From Hydrolagus colliei (lineage: Eukaryota), in contig CM068762.1 of assembly GCA_035084275.1 (NCBI GenBank), forward strand, positions 6,324,001 through 6,388,000: 64,000 bases of DNA. The letters are read 5' to 3'. Made by a program: the position numbers and the translations under genes. A model generated the notes under the pieces. The model was not told where the DNA came from. It saw only the letters and a list, made by a program, of their open reading frames with translations, and ran no database searches. Position 1 is the stretch's first letter, and each line of letters begins with the position of its first letter. This document shows, piece by piece, positions 24,667-37,027 of this stretch.

Positions 24667-24772
24667 AGGTCTGACAAAGGGTCATGGTCCCGAAACGTTG
24701 ACTCACTTTCCTTTCTCCATAGATGCTGCCTGACCTGCTGAGTGTTCCCAGCATTTTCTGTTTTTGTTTCAG
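24667..24772 (+). mobile_element. Penelope-like element terminal fragment with a degenerate hammerhead ribozyme motif
   Basis: CTGACAA-agggtcatggtccc-GAAA-cgtt-gact followed by ctccatagatgctgcctgacctgctgagtgttcccagcattttctg, recalled as a common chondrichthyan PLE-derived end. Confidence 0.6.
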
Positions 24773-26530
24773 GCAGAAACTCACTCTCGTTTTTTTTTTA
24801 ACGAGTTGAGAAAATTAAAACATGGTAAATAAAGGAGCAGTTTTTGATCTTTTGCTGTTACCTGCTATCTTACAACATTCATTGAGAACCTCAGAGGAAA
24901 TGGAAAGAAACATTTGGTTGGCCTTGGAGCAGCTGAAGGAGCCAAGAGACAGACTCCCACCAGCCAGAGGGTCAGGGGTTTGAAGCCATGCGCTTGCCAG
25001 TCACTTGGGATTCATTCGTTGTCTAAACTACATATAGTTGGGCAGGTCTGACCCTGGCTCTAGGCCGAAGTGGAATGTTGAGCACAAGGGAGGAACAACA
25101 ACTGACCCCCAAACGTTTTACTCCACTTCAAACACCATGACTCACTGACCTAGAACAAAGCAGCAGCATTGCCAACAGTTATTTCACTGTTTGCAATGTC
25201 TGCATCTGTTTACGAGGATATATGTGTTGTTGAAGATGCATTTTTTTCAACGAAAAAAACATACACAGGGTGGTTTTGCAAATTTTCAGGAAATAAACCA
25301 GATCACTTATTAATAACGGATTCCCTCACGCACAAATCACATTGATCACTGGACATCGTGTTATAATACTTGCCAATACCGTCACACCACAGAGAGCACT
25401 GAATAACAGTGAGAATCGTTCTCAAACTGAGTTACAAAACTGAACTATGTTAAATAATATCTAGAAATAATGACATTTAATTCGATAAATCAAATTGCCC
25501 ACTGTAGTTCAGCTTTTCGCTGCTTTGCTCTGCCTTCTGGCACTCTGTTTCCAAAACTCTCCATCATCATCCCCCTCCATCTCAGCTTTGAAATACAGTC
25601 GTATAAAAACTCTCTTTGATTTTGCTTCCTGCCACCTACCCCCATATCCGTCCAGTCTATCTCCCAACACAAGCTCCCAGTCAGTCTTTGCAAAGTGTTT
25701 TTAGACATTATTTCGACACGAACAGCAAATGGTTGTTGTTGAAAAAAAAATTTTGAATCTGATAAAATTGACTAAAATTTGAGTATAGTGAGGTGAAATT
25801 TCCAAATTTCAAATTTCATCACTCACTCTTGTTCATTTTTGGTCAGCCGGATACGGAAACCCATCACCATGTTTAAGAGTATTAAAATCAAATTGCATGT
25901 ATCCCATCTACACAAGGAAATTCAAGAGATAAATTGTTGGAATGGAATGTGCACTCTCCCTCCGAAGGGATGCTGCCTGCTTACCTAATTAGCATTAAAT
26001 ACAGTTTGCCAAGAGTCAAGGAATGGGGAAGCCAGTGTGTGTATTGGGGTACTGCTAGAGTATGACCAGCTAAAACCACATAGCTTGCCATTCATATTGC
26101 TGTCTGTTAAAACTTGAGGGCCACCCTTCCCTTTTAGGGCTTTGACTTGCAGGGTTAACAGGAGCTGAGAGGGATGATTCCCAGCCCCCAGTGACTGGAG
26201 GAAGTTAAGCGGCGATATGATTGAGGATTTTAAAATAATGGAAGCAATTGACAGGCTAGATAAATGGTGACTTCCGCTCACAGCTCAATGTCCAACAAAG
26301 GAACGTATTCAGTAAATGAGATCAGATGGCAATTCTTTAGGCAGAGGGCTGTGAGCTTGTGAAATGCACCACCCCAGGCTTTGAGGTCTGGGAGGTCAAT
26401 TGCACCAATGACCATTTGTAAACCAGGGGCCAACTTTTGACTGACAAGCGCTCTTATTGGGAGAAGTTTCTAATCTCTTTGGCTAAGTTTAACCACCGTA
26501 GCTCATGGGGCAATGTTTGATCATTTCAGA

Positions 26531-26587
26531 ATCTAATACTGATATGAATATTCACTCATATCATGAATACTCATATCAGTATTAGAT
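26531..26587. repeat. Near-perfect inverted repeat (24-bp arms, 9-nt loop)
   Basis: atctaatactgatatgaatattca-ctcatatca-tgaatactcatatcagtattagat, with one mismatch. Confidence 0.9.
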
Positions 26588-28638
26588 CAGTTTCACTCAC
26601 ACACAATGTACAGTCAATTCATTCTCTTTACAGTATATTCTGTGAAGCGCTTTGAGACGTCTCGCAGACAGGATAAGGAGCTACAACAAATGCAAGAATT
26701 TCTATTATTATTATAATAGATTCTGATATGGTCAATACAGGGGTCATTTACAAATATACAGTTGCTCTACTTCACAGTAAAATCCTGTCCTCTCAAAGTG
26801 AAAAGCGCAGTACCAAATGCAAGGATTATTATTAATATTATTATTCAGACAGACTTCTCAAGGAACACAATCTCTATAATAATAATTGCATAATTGCTCA
26901 GCTTCATCTTTTATTACTTCTGTTTCACTCTGAGGCATGTCTAGTTTCCAACACTGAAATCCCGGTACAATCAAGTGTTTAATAATAATACTCCTTGCAT
27001 TGGATATAGCGCTTTTCACATCTACAAGACGTCTCAAAGCGCTTCACAGAATATACTGTAAAGTGAATTGACTGTATATATTTGTGGGTCTGTATATTTA
27101 TAAGTGTTTATAGTATAACAGTGCTTTTGATGTGAACAATGATGAGACTGTACAGGTTGCTGGTATTCACTATACAGGCAGGAGTAAGACACTCATTTAA
27201 TTAACACTGGTAGCGATGTTACAGTACCTATAAATATTAATTTCAGAGTCAGATTAATGTACTACATAACTGGAATCATTTTGTTCTTTCCTTCCCTTTG
27301 CATTTGTTAGGAATTGACTACTGAATACCTGAAGCAAACCTTAAAATATGAACATCCCCTCAAAAGACCAAACACCTTCAGCAACCCCTTCAGCTCTGAA
27401 ACAGGTGTAGTTTGCAAATATCACTTGCTTCATTCCTGCGTGCTTCTCAGAATTGTTCTGACACTTTTAATGACTTACGTCTACACTGTTGTAGACGATA
27501 CTGATATGAGGAAGGCAATATGAATTTTGTACTGAGAAATGCTCCGCCATATTGTTTCTGACACTTTACATGGGTTCGATCCGCACATTTAACAACACTG
27601 TATTAATCACAAAATAACTACCTGTGAATGCAAATTGAACACTAACCAGTTTCAATAATCGTGGCTCTGAAGGGAATTAGTTTGTAATTAAGTATGCTGT
27701 TTGAATTTACTGCTCCTTGATTGTGATTTAATGCATAATATCAAACCAGCAAAACAGTGTCCTATAATAGTCTACCGTTGTGCGTACTGAAACAAAACCC
27801 AACCATAATAATAATCTTTGCATTTGATATAAAGCCTTGTTAAGTCTTCAAAGAGCTTCATGTGAAGAACATCTGTATCAACCCAGTCTGTCAATCAATC
27901 CCAGTTAATCCCATTATTTTCTGTTAACATGCACTGAGGAAGGCCTGATTCCTGTTGGCGGAAACAATCTTGTATCATTCATTTCCCACATATCAGAAAC
28001 GTACATTTTGCTAACCTTTTAGAAATATTGCACGCTTCCCATTTCCATTGTTCATTCTATTTTTCACTGCAAGAGCAAAATACTCTCTCTCTCGCTCTCT
28101 CGTTTCATGGCATGTTGATTTATGAATTCAGAGTATACAAGGACAGGAAATATATCAAGCAACCGTCATTCGAGTGTCTGATCAAGAATTTTATGGTGAA
28201 TCTGAAGTAACAAAGCCACATTTACAGTAAAGTATGATGATAGTCATCAGGGCTAACAAGCGATGGAGTCCAGCTGGACTAATCCCATCTGGAAATGATC
28301 TGGGATTTGAACTTGTGTCACAGCATTAAGAGGTCATACCCTTCAGCAATTGCACCACCTGAGCTCTCGTGGAGTGACTTTCGACCATATTAAGAGTCCA
28401 ATACATGGTGGCTCACTCAAACAGAATTCTGGAGGAGCAAGTTCCTCATTATGCATTCACTCTGCTTCATCTAATTTCACTTCTCGTTTAACTGTTGAGC
28501 AAGTTCAGTTTCTCCCAAGTGAAATCCAGGTGGAATGTTACGATTACACGAGATGACTGGTTTCCGCTTTGCATAATGGTAGCCATCAAACACAAGTTGA
28601 TGTCTTATTTCAAGGATTACGCACCTTCCAAACAGTTT

Positions 28639-29200
28639 ACAACAACAACAACAACAACTTGGATTTATATAGCGCCCTCCACGCCGGACGGGGTCTCAGA
28701 GCGCTTCACAATAGCGGATCCTGGGACCGAGCCAGGGGTAAGGGTAGAAAGATGACCAAAGGCGCGGTCGAAGGGAAAGGTCTTCAGCTGGGACCTGAAG
28801 CTGAAAAAAGAGGGGGCGAGGCGAAGATAGTGAAGGAGGGAGTTCCAGAGCCTCGGGGCATAGTGGCTGAAGGCACGGCCGCCGAGGGTGGAGCGGAGGA
28901 TTCGGGGAACATGGAGGAGACCAGACCCAGTGGAGCGAAGGCAACGGGTGCTGGTTGAGGAGAGATGAGGTCAGAGAGGTAGAGGGGTACAGAGGAGTGG
29001 AGGGATTTGAAGACAAGGGTGAGGATCTTGAAGTCGATCCTCTCTGGGATAGGGAGCCAGTGAAGTTTGGCAAGGACTGGGGTAATGGGGGAGCGGAGTT
29101 TGGTGCGGGTGAAAACTGGAGCAGCAGAGTTGTAAATGAGTTGAACTCTGTGGATTGTGGAGGAGGGAAGACCGGTGAGAAGGGCAATAGAATAGTCTAG
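28639..29200 (-). mobile_element. L2 LINE, 5'-truncated, relatively well preserved
   Basis: Minus translation LDYSIALLTGLPSSTIHRVQLIYNSAA...ITPVLAKLHWLPIPERIDFKILTLVFKSLH. 3' stem-loop and (TTG)n tail. Confidence 0.92.
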
Positions 29201-30719
29201 TTTAAGCGTTAATTACCTTTTGAAATAAGTCAATGAGAGGTATTAATGGGGTCCCCTATGGTAAGTGGGAAACATTCACTGAAAGTCACTTAAACCCGAC
29301 CAACAATATTTTCCTTCCACCAATGGGTATAGTGAAATTGAAGCACCCAGCATATTAACAAACTATCCAAACCCCATTTCGGAATTGTTATAAGGCTCTT
29401 TGGCTCCGAGAATTAAACATTGAACAGCAGAAACATTGATGCGGAATGAGGTCATGTAAATAGACTGAGCGACCGGATTGGGCCATAATTGGTTATTGGA
29501 AGAGACTTCACAAGAGTAGCTCAATTTTATGTGTCAGTTAAAGAGTGGAGCCAAACCCTACATTGTGAATGGAGTCATATCTTGTTCATTCTCGATTCGT
29601 GCAGGGTTTCATAAGCTTGCAATTTCATCGTTGCAATTCGTGCTTGAAGATAATCATATGTCAATGAGTGCAATCAATCACTTTTGCAATATTGTTCACA
29701 AGTGTTCGAATTGCAAATCTTAAATTAACAGAATTAACCGAGAGGAAGGAAGAATGCTTTTTTTTTCGCCTTGCAGCTGAAATTGGTGTAGTGTTGAGGC
29801 AAATGCAAACTCAATTTTATAGTTGCCTGCTCTATAATTATCTTCAAACCAGGACTCCAATCAGAAGCATATTCTCTGCTCTGTCAGCTGAATGTGGTTT
29901 CTAGCTGCAACGAGAAACTGCTCAATTTTACATGTGAGATCATTTCTAAATTTCTGCCCCCAAAATCGATTAGGAAACCGCTGCAACTGGTTTGGTTAAT
30001 GTTTTCCAAATCACAGTGTGTGCAGTTCAACGCTGCAATTTATTTCAGTAATTAACATTTACATAAATGTCGAGACACGAAGGGATAATGATCAGTTTCC
30101 CTCCGAGACCAAAAGTATTTACTTTTATATTGTGTGGGCTGTGTGTCTGCGTGTGTGCAGGGGATAAGAAAATTAAATGGAAAGCTACCATTTACAAATG
30201 TTAAAATACAATATTTTCCCTATTAACCAATAGATCTGATTCTCTGCAAAAACAAATCCAGCAAATTTTAAATTAAAAATAATCCATGGGCTTCAGATAA
30301 CGCCCTATCACCCACAAAAATATACAGTATATTCTGTGAAGCACTGTGTGAAGTCTAGAAGGCATGAAAAGCGCTATATCAAATGCAAGGATTAATATTA
30401 TTATTGTGATTATCACATCAAGACATTGCCAAGCGCTTCACAGGATTTTCACAGTGACATGCAGTGATGGTGTATTTGCAGGCGAACGAGGCAGCCAATT
30501 TGCACACACAGCAATGTCCCACAAACAGCCAGGAAGTGAATAACCTTTTTTAGAAAAGAAAAATGAAAATCTGGAGGATTTTTGGCCAGGACAGAAGGAG
30601 AAACTCCATTCTCTTTTTTGAATAATGTCTAGGGACCTTTCGCATCCAGCTGGTCCTAGCCGAATGCCTGCCGTATAGAACTAACATCAGGAATTCAATA
30701 AGAGATTGGATAACAAGTC

Positions 30720-31063
30720 CAGGTGCGAGTTCATGCGATACATCCTCTTGGAGGCCAAGCAGGAAGTGCATCCTTTTCCAAATGTCGGGTGCCCGAGTTA
30801 TTGTTTCCTCTCCTGGCCACAAGCGAGTTGATGCTGTCATCGCGTTCACTGTTCTCCATGAGCTCACGGGCGTTCTGCTGTTCAAATGTTTCATTTTATG
30901 ATTGATTGCGGCACGGCACTTTGTATAGTCACCTGATACTCCCAGTCACCTTAGCCTCAATTGAGCTAAGACTCTACAGATTTCAAGGTGTCCTTGAATC
31001 ATTTCCTCATCTTCCATTTCGCCTGCGGGCCAAATATCATTTGCAACTGTGTTTTGTTCTTCA

Positions 31064-31100
<37 letters not shown>

Positions 31101-31450
31101 TGTGAACCAGGGACATGTTTTCTTTAACATGCGTTCAATTGCTTAAGAGATCTGCGCGGCAAGAATTCCATTGTAGGTTTCTCGTCTTCCCGCAGAATCT
31201 GCACATAGATCCCAAGTGTTTGAGCTGGGACCCGTCAAATCCTGCACTTGGCTCGAGTAAGCGGGTCCACAATTTTTGCTGGGAGATTAACAACAGCAGT
31301 GTGCAGCTTGATCTTTGCTCCTTAGGGAACTGTGTGCTGCTTCTACACTGTGTCAAGGAAGTTGTCAACTTGCCATTCTTCTCGATTCGTCCGGCTCCTT
31401 GCTGTCGTCTAATGCGTTGCCTGACGATGCGCTGCCAAGTTTGAGGGGGG
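30720..31450 (-). mobile_element. Highly degenerate RTE-clade LINE 3' fragment, interrupted by (TG)n
   Basis: Minus-strand remnants RK*FKDTLKS...DWEYQ...ETFEQQ...PTFGKGCTS resemble the RTE ORF C-terminus (KRFKDTLK...WE...CPxCxK). Confidence 0.5.
31067..31099. repeat. (TG)n microsatellite
   Basis: Seen directly in the sequence. Confidence 0.95.
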
Positions 31451-32019
31451 GAGAAATGGCTGTTGCACCACTTGGTGTTTTGAAAGATTGGAAAGGTAAC
31501 CCCATTAAAAAATAAAAATTATTTGCCTCCTTTCCTTTTTCACTCTAGGTCAACAACTCAAAAACCCAATGAGCGCTACATTCCTATTGAATGTCATCCA
31601 CAGAATGCATTGTAGATGTAAAATATAATGGTTTATATGAGAGGGAGAAGAGTAGGTGACTTACCTCTGAAATTCCCTGACTCAATCTCTCCACCTTGGC
31701 CCTCCCCACTTCTTTTCTTATATTTAAATACCCCGATAAGATTTACCTCTTCAACCACACCCGCGGGCATCTCCTTCCAACCCCGTCTCCCTCACTTGGA
31801 GTCCAACAGCACCATTCCACAACATCCCCATACACTATCATACATGAAGGTCATTGTATAAATTAGTTGTCCTACAGAAGCGCAATGATTCGACAGAGAG
31901 ATTCCTGCAAAATCCTTTTGTCATTGAGGCTAATAATTAAAACTTTGACCTGATAAGCAGATACATAATCTCCAGGTTTTATTCCCAATCAAATAACATT
32001 ACTACAAATGATACTTGCA

Positions 32020-32620
32020 TGTAATACAGCACTTTCATATTGTGGGGAGATCGCAAAGCACTTCAACAACAACAACAACAAAATTACATTTACAGAACAC
32101 CTTTCACGTTCGGAGGGAGTCCCAAGGCACTGAACCCTTGTATAGTGTACAAAACAAGGACTACTGTGTATTTTGTAGACAGATGCAGTAGCCAGTTTTA
32201 TCTGGGGGATAGTTGGCCAGGATACTAGATGAAACTCCCTTCTTGTTTCAAATCATGGGATCTTTAAAGCCCACCTAAACAAGCAGATGGGACTTCGGTT
32301 CATCTTTTCATTCGAAGGACAGCATCACCTATTATGTAATTCTCCCCCCCCCCCCCCCCCCCCAGCACTGTACTGGAGTGGCAGCTCAAATCAACTTTCA
32401 TTATACCTCCTCCCCACCCCACACCTGGCATTTCATATGGCTCACCCGATCCCTCTATAACCTGGAAACGTTACATTATGGTTCTGGAAGGGAAACACAA
32501 AAATATTGCTTATAAGGCCCGCGAACATTTCATAAATAGGGCAGTCGGGCCAGAAAGCTTGAAGTCACAACTTTCTGACTCAGAGGCAAGAGCACAGCCA
32601 CCTGAGTTAGACTGACTGCA
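32020..32620 (-). mobile_element. Fragmented old Deu-domain SINE with a nested L2 tail and poly-C
   Basis: catgggatctttaaagcccacctaaac...ttcgaaggacagcatc...cagcactgtactggagtggcagc. Head remnant ttctgactcagaggcaagag...acctgagtta at ~32575-32610. Confidence 0.6.
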
Positions 32621-32752
32621 GCATTTACATATACTGTACATATAATCTTGGTGTTAAGTCCGTGACAGAAATAGTGATGTCGTACAACAACAAGCTTGCA
32701 ATGTGTAATGTCTCATCCGAGGGAACGAGTGATTCTAAGTCACCTCCACTGT

Positions 32753-32787
32753 CTCTCTCTCTCTCTCTCTCTTTCTCTCTTTCTCTC
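32753..32787. repeat. (CT)n microsatellite
   Basis: Seen directly in the sequence. Confidence 0.9.
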
Positions 32788-34931
32788 CAATCATTGTTTG
32801 AAATCTCTGCAGTGTTATCATTCGGGTGCGAATTATGTTGAGCATCGCAAGGCATTTACTGGTTACCAGCTCGAACCCTAAATAAGCAGCGATTCAGTAA
32901 CTGAAACAGATGGGTTCATACAGTATTCACACTGAATACATTTATTCGGACAGTGCCCCATGGTTCAACTACAGACATAAAACACTGCAGTCATTTGAGC
33001 AGTGAATCCAGACTGCATTCATACTGCATGCTGCAGACTGTCAATCCTAAAGGGTTTCGAACCTGCCGATAGGAGGTGCCTGCTTCATCTACGTGCATGA
33101 CAATTAAGATAAAACGGCAGAAATGGAAATGACAGTGTCAAGCATTAAATTAAACATGGAAACCTTGAAATCCCTGCTGAGATAATAAATCGGTACTAAG
33201 CAATCAATCATAAACGTCACATAAATATGTCCCAAACTACTGTCTCTTCCAAATCCTGCTGAATGTGTATCAAACGATGAGATTTATGTGTCTGACTTAC
33301 ACAGTACTCCAAAACCAGAGCATTTAGCTTTGTAAAGCAGCAAACTGTGCTGCTGTAGTCCAATCTACATCTATCTAGGTCATCCATAACTCTCTCCTCC
33401 TTTACAATCTGAGGCTGGAATCATAATATTGATAAATCACAGGGAAACATAGCACAATTATGTTTGTGTCCTCGCATGAGGGAAAGTGACAATATTTTGT
33501 TGATTGGAAAAAGTCTGCGTTCATTTACGATCCGCTAACTCATTCATCTCTCGATTTAGAAGCACAAAGCCATTTTAGGATGATAGTAATTCTAAGAGCG
33601 TAAATATTTGAAATAATTTACTATGAAATATTGCCATGTGTGTGCAATATTTCTCTGTAAATGGTTTTAAATATTTATACAGTAATCACTGGCCTCCAAG
33701 GACTGCAGTGGCATTTGTGGTCCACAAATCTAGCAATACAAAGGAAACGTTCACCCCCCATTCCCATTACGACTAGAAAGAACATTAATATAACCTGTAT
33801 GCTCGGCATCAGAAACTTACAGAAAATCAAAGGGTGAAGGATGACAGAAATGCCAACATGCTAATAGTCATTCTAATAGATTGTCCACATGGTAATCTTA
33901 CTGATAAATAATTCTATATTGCATTAGATGGAAGGGAATACATAGGAAGGTTGACCGAAAGGATTGTGGGTTCACTCCCACTGGGAGATGATTGCAAATC
34001 AAATTGAAATCACAGCCTTTCCTCATTGAAAGATGGGTGTGCTGTGAACTTTATCCAAAATTCACTGTTATTTTGTGCATCGCATGGAACAGAATAATTT
34101 ACACGCGCGCGGGGAAACTAACCTTACAGAGAAATATAATTATTTGTTGTTTTAATATATGCCCAAACCAGGGGAAAACTGCAACATTACTCTCCCCCCC
34201 CACCCCCCCCCCCCCCCCCCCACCACATTGAACTTTACACGTTTGAACAAGGATTTTGTCCAGAGCAAAATGACCAATTATTGTCAACCGCGTAGTGCCC
34301 CGAAAATTGTGCGATAAAATATAATCTGAGGGAAGACATTTAGCATAAATGGGAACAGATTTTATTCTGCATTTCACTGTTGACCTCTTCCAAAAATGAG
34401 CAATCTCTCCCTAAAAACAGCGCTGGTAAAAGACAACACGCAATAGATGGTACGATTTTAATTGCTCAGCATCTCACAGAAGCTGGAGAGCATATTGCTG
34501 ATTGAAGCTTTAGGGAAAACCGAGATACAAATGCAGCAATCTCTGCCTACTATAGTATCACTGCACTGCATTAATAACGAGCAATTCTGCCTGAGCCTGG
34601 TAATGCTATTAATATCCACAATAGACACGTCGCTTAGCATTAATTACAATAGCTGATCATGAATGGCAGAACTTGGTATAGCCCTTCAACACAAGCACAC
34701 AGCTGTGTGCCGAAGCACATGACAAATATCCCCGGTATTGAAAGGGTTACTGTTGTGAGGGAAATAATAATAATAATAATAATCCTTGGCATTTGATGGA
34801 GTGACTTATGCTCTGAGGCGTCTGAATGTGCTTTGCTGACTACGCTGTAACGTGAATTGGCTGTCTATATTGTATATTGAAACGGTTTGGCACAGTAATG
34901 ACATATTTTATACAGTAAGTGCAAGACTCAC

Positions 34932-35643
34932 CGAGCATTTGACTAAACAGAAGCTGTTCTAGATCCCCCAGCACTGTCACAACCAGCTCAGGATCCACCT
35001 TTAAGTAAGTCTTTTCCTCTGGCTGCTGCTGCTGCTGCCCTTTCTCCGCCGCCTGAGTTTGTTTTTTACTCGCCTTTGCCTTGCTGGACAGAATTTCATC
35101 GTCGGACTTCCTCGCATCCCCCACGCTGGCTTCGGTGGCTTTGCTGAGAGGTTTGACTTCAGCCCAGGGTCCTCTGGGGATGCGGCTGGGTTTCCCACCG
35201 TGCGCGGCGGGTGTTTGAGCTGCCAGAGGCTTGTTCACGCTGGGAGCCAGCTTGCTCTGAAACAGCGAATGCTCCGACTTGGAGAGCGATTTCGACATGG
35301 GAGCATCTCTGTACTTCAGTCCTCCTTTCCCGAACGTGTGACCCGGCCTGGCCATGTCGTCGCACCACCTGGGCTCGTACAGATGCATCTTCTTCTCGGC
35401 GTCGGTCAGGAAGGAGAGGTTGGTCAGTGATTTTTGCTTCCTCAGGTTGGAGAAGCCTCTGTCGGTCCCACCCTTGAACACCTTCAGCTCTCCGGTCCTG
35501 GCCATCGCCTGGGGTTTGCCCTTCTTCACGTTCTGCATTGCCTTCCCGTCCGCCGGTCGCTTGTAAAGCTTCACATCTTCCTGGCTTTGCTCGCACATGT
35601 CCGTCTCACAGTATTTGACATTGGCACCCAGCGCTTTGCTCAT
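34932..35643 (-). CDS. NAV1: Neuron navigator 1, first coding exon of the CH-domain-less isoform (237 codons + 1 nt)
   Basis: Translation MSKALGANVK...ELKVFK...NLRKQKSLTNLSFLTDAEKK...EPRWCDDMA...MSKSLSKSEHSLFQ...GKPSRIPRGP...KSDDEILSSKAKA...LKVDPELVVTVLGDLEQLLFSQML matches the recalled NAV1-specific N-terminus. An in-frame TGA lies three codons upstream of the ATG at 35643. Donor G|GTGAGT at 34931 is phase 1. The exon is CpG-rich. Confidence 0.95.
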
Positions 35644-36128
35644 CTGTAATCATTCACTCGCCTATCTATCTATGTATCTATCTACGTGTCTATCCGGACA
35701 ATGGGAATTCGAATGACTGCTGGCTGCTGAGGCTCTGCCGTGCTTTGCAGAGCTAAGTCTGGACAACACTCTGTGAAACAGCGGTTCCTCTGTTGTCCAG
35801 TCCTGCCTCACACAGCCTGCTTGTTGCAGCGTCAGCTGGTAGATTGATCACCAGAGGAATGTCATCACTGAACGCCCTCCCCTCCTTCCAAGATACTCTG
35901 GGCTAGGAAAGAAAAGGCTATTCCATCACTGCCACTGAAAGGGGGAAATCAGGGAGCAGCTTTTTGCTCATCCAAACGGCGGGTTCTGGGCAAATATTTC
36001 TCACAGCTTCAGGAAAAGACATTATTTTCAAGAGCAGCTGGAGAATCAGCTCCCACAGCCGCATTAAATCAGCTTAATTAGCAGGAGAGGAAACGCTGTG
36101 AGACTGGAGTGCTACATTGTGGGATGGA

Positions 36129-36167
<39 letters not shown>

Positions 36168-36300
36168 AATATTCAGCCCACATCCCAAGTGTATCCTAGT
36201 TTCCTCCACTGCAGTGGCTGCTCCTTGCTGCCATGGCAGCAGACATCTCCATTTAAATAAAATTTAAAACCAGAGCAAAACGATAAACCCCAACCCCTCC
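35644..36300 (-). promoter_or_regulatory. Putative 5' UTR and promoter of the NAV1 isoform starting at 35643
   Basis: TE-free unique sequence directly upstream of the ATG, with no polypyrimidine tract before it (arguing for a first exon). Contains a TATTTAAA-like element near 36252-36259, a (GA)n tract, and E-box and MCAT-like motifs near 35835-35862. The TSS cannot be determined from sequence. Confidence 0.4.
36133..36167. repeat. (CT)n microsatellite upstream of the NAV1 ATG
   Basis: Seen directly in the sequence. Confidence 0.9.
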
Positions 36301-36969
36301 TATTTCTAACGGCGCCACTAAATGTACAAGGGGTAAAAGAGGACAGACGCAGGCAAGAAGGCTGCCCATATTATAATTAGTAATAGCTGAATACACTTGC
36401 ATTTACCCTAGTAAAAACCTGTATGAAATAACTGCAGAATTATTAATTTTAGAAAGTGCAGGTTGGAAGGTACCACATTTTCCCTGGCAACGGGTGAAAA
36501 GGGAGCTTTGAAAGCAGCAGACAATTGCAATCATGCAATACACACACACACATACACCCACAAAGATAGATATATATATTTTATATAAATCTGGTCGACA
36601 GCTTGCTCAGACGTGGTCTGTTTAATCCTTAGACAACCTACGATATTGACAGTGATAAATGCGCAGACTTGAGACCTCAGGGGCACAATCTCAACACGAC
36701 TGCACACCTTCCTCAGTCACAGGGAGGGATATGCCCTTTTCACCGTCTCTCAAGAGTAGCACAGCTACTCGAACGTACCATCAATGCTCAGTGAGGGAAA
36801 CAACGAGAGCGAAGAGGAGAGGAGAGAGAGAGAAACAATGGGTTTGTATGTGTAGACAACCGCAGAACTGATACCAGGAGCTGATACACAGTCATCATAA
36901 TAAGACATTGTATCAACTGCAAGGATTATTATTATTAATATAGAAGAAATGTACATTGTCCCCATTTCT

Positions 36970-37027
36970 CATCCATCCATCCATCCATCCATCCATCCAT
37001 CCATCCATCCATCCATCCACCCATCCA
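36970..37027. repeat. (CCAT)n microsatellite
   Basis: Seen directly in the sequence. Confidence 0.95.

Larger units (their letters stand above)
1..35643 (-). other. NAV1: NAV1 gene body (partial): introns of ~11.0 kb, ~7.2 kb and >16 kb. The next exon (WDESSS...) was not found in the window.
   Basis: Collinear, phase-compatible exons above. No downstream navigator exon was recognised in 1-16177. Confidence 0.85.

Noticed and set aside
26531-26587. TAATACTG (miR-200b/429 seed) within the hairpin arm
   Set aside because: The rest of the arm does not resemble miR-200 family mature sequences, so it is treated as coincidence.
16178-35643. Assignment of the gene as NAV2 or NAV3
   Set aside because: The exon 1 sequence, QRKRTVQN, NRSSPLSWRYGQ and the exon ending at DDITTG are NAV1-type.
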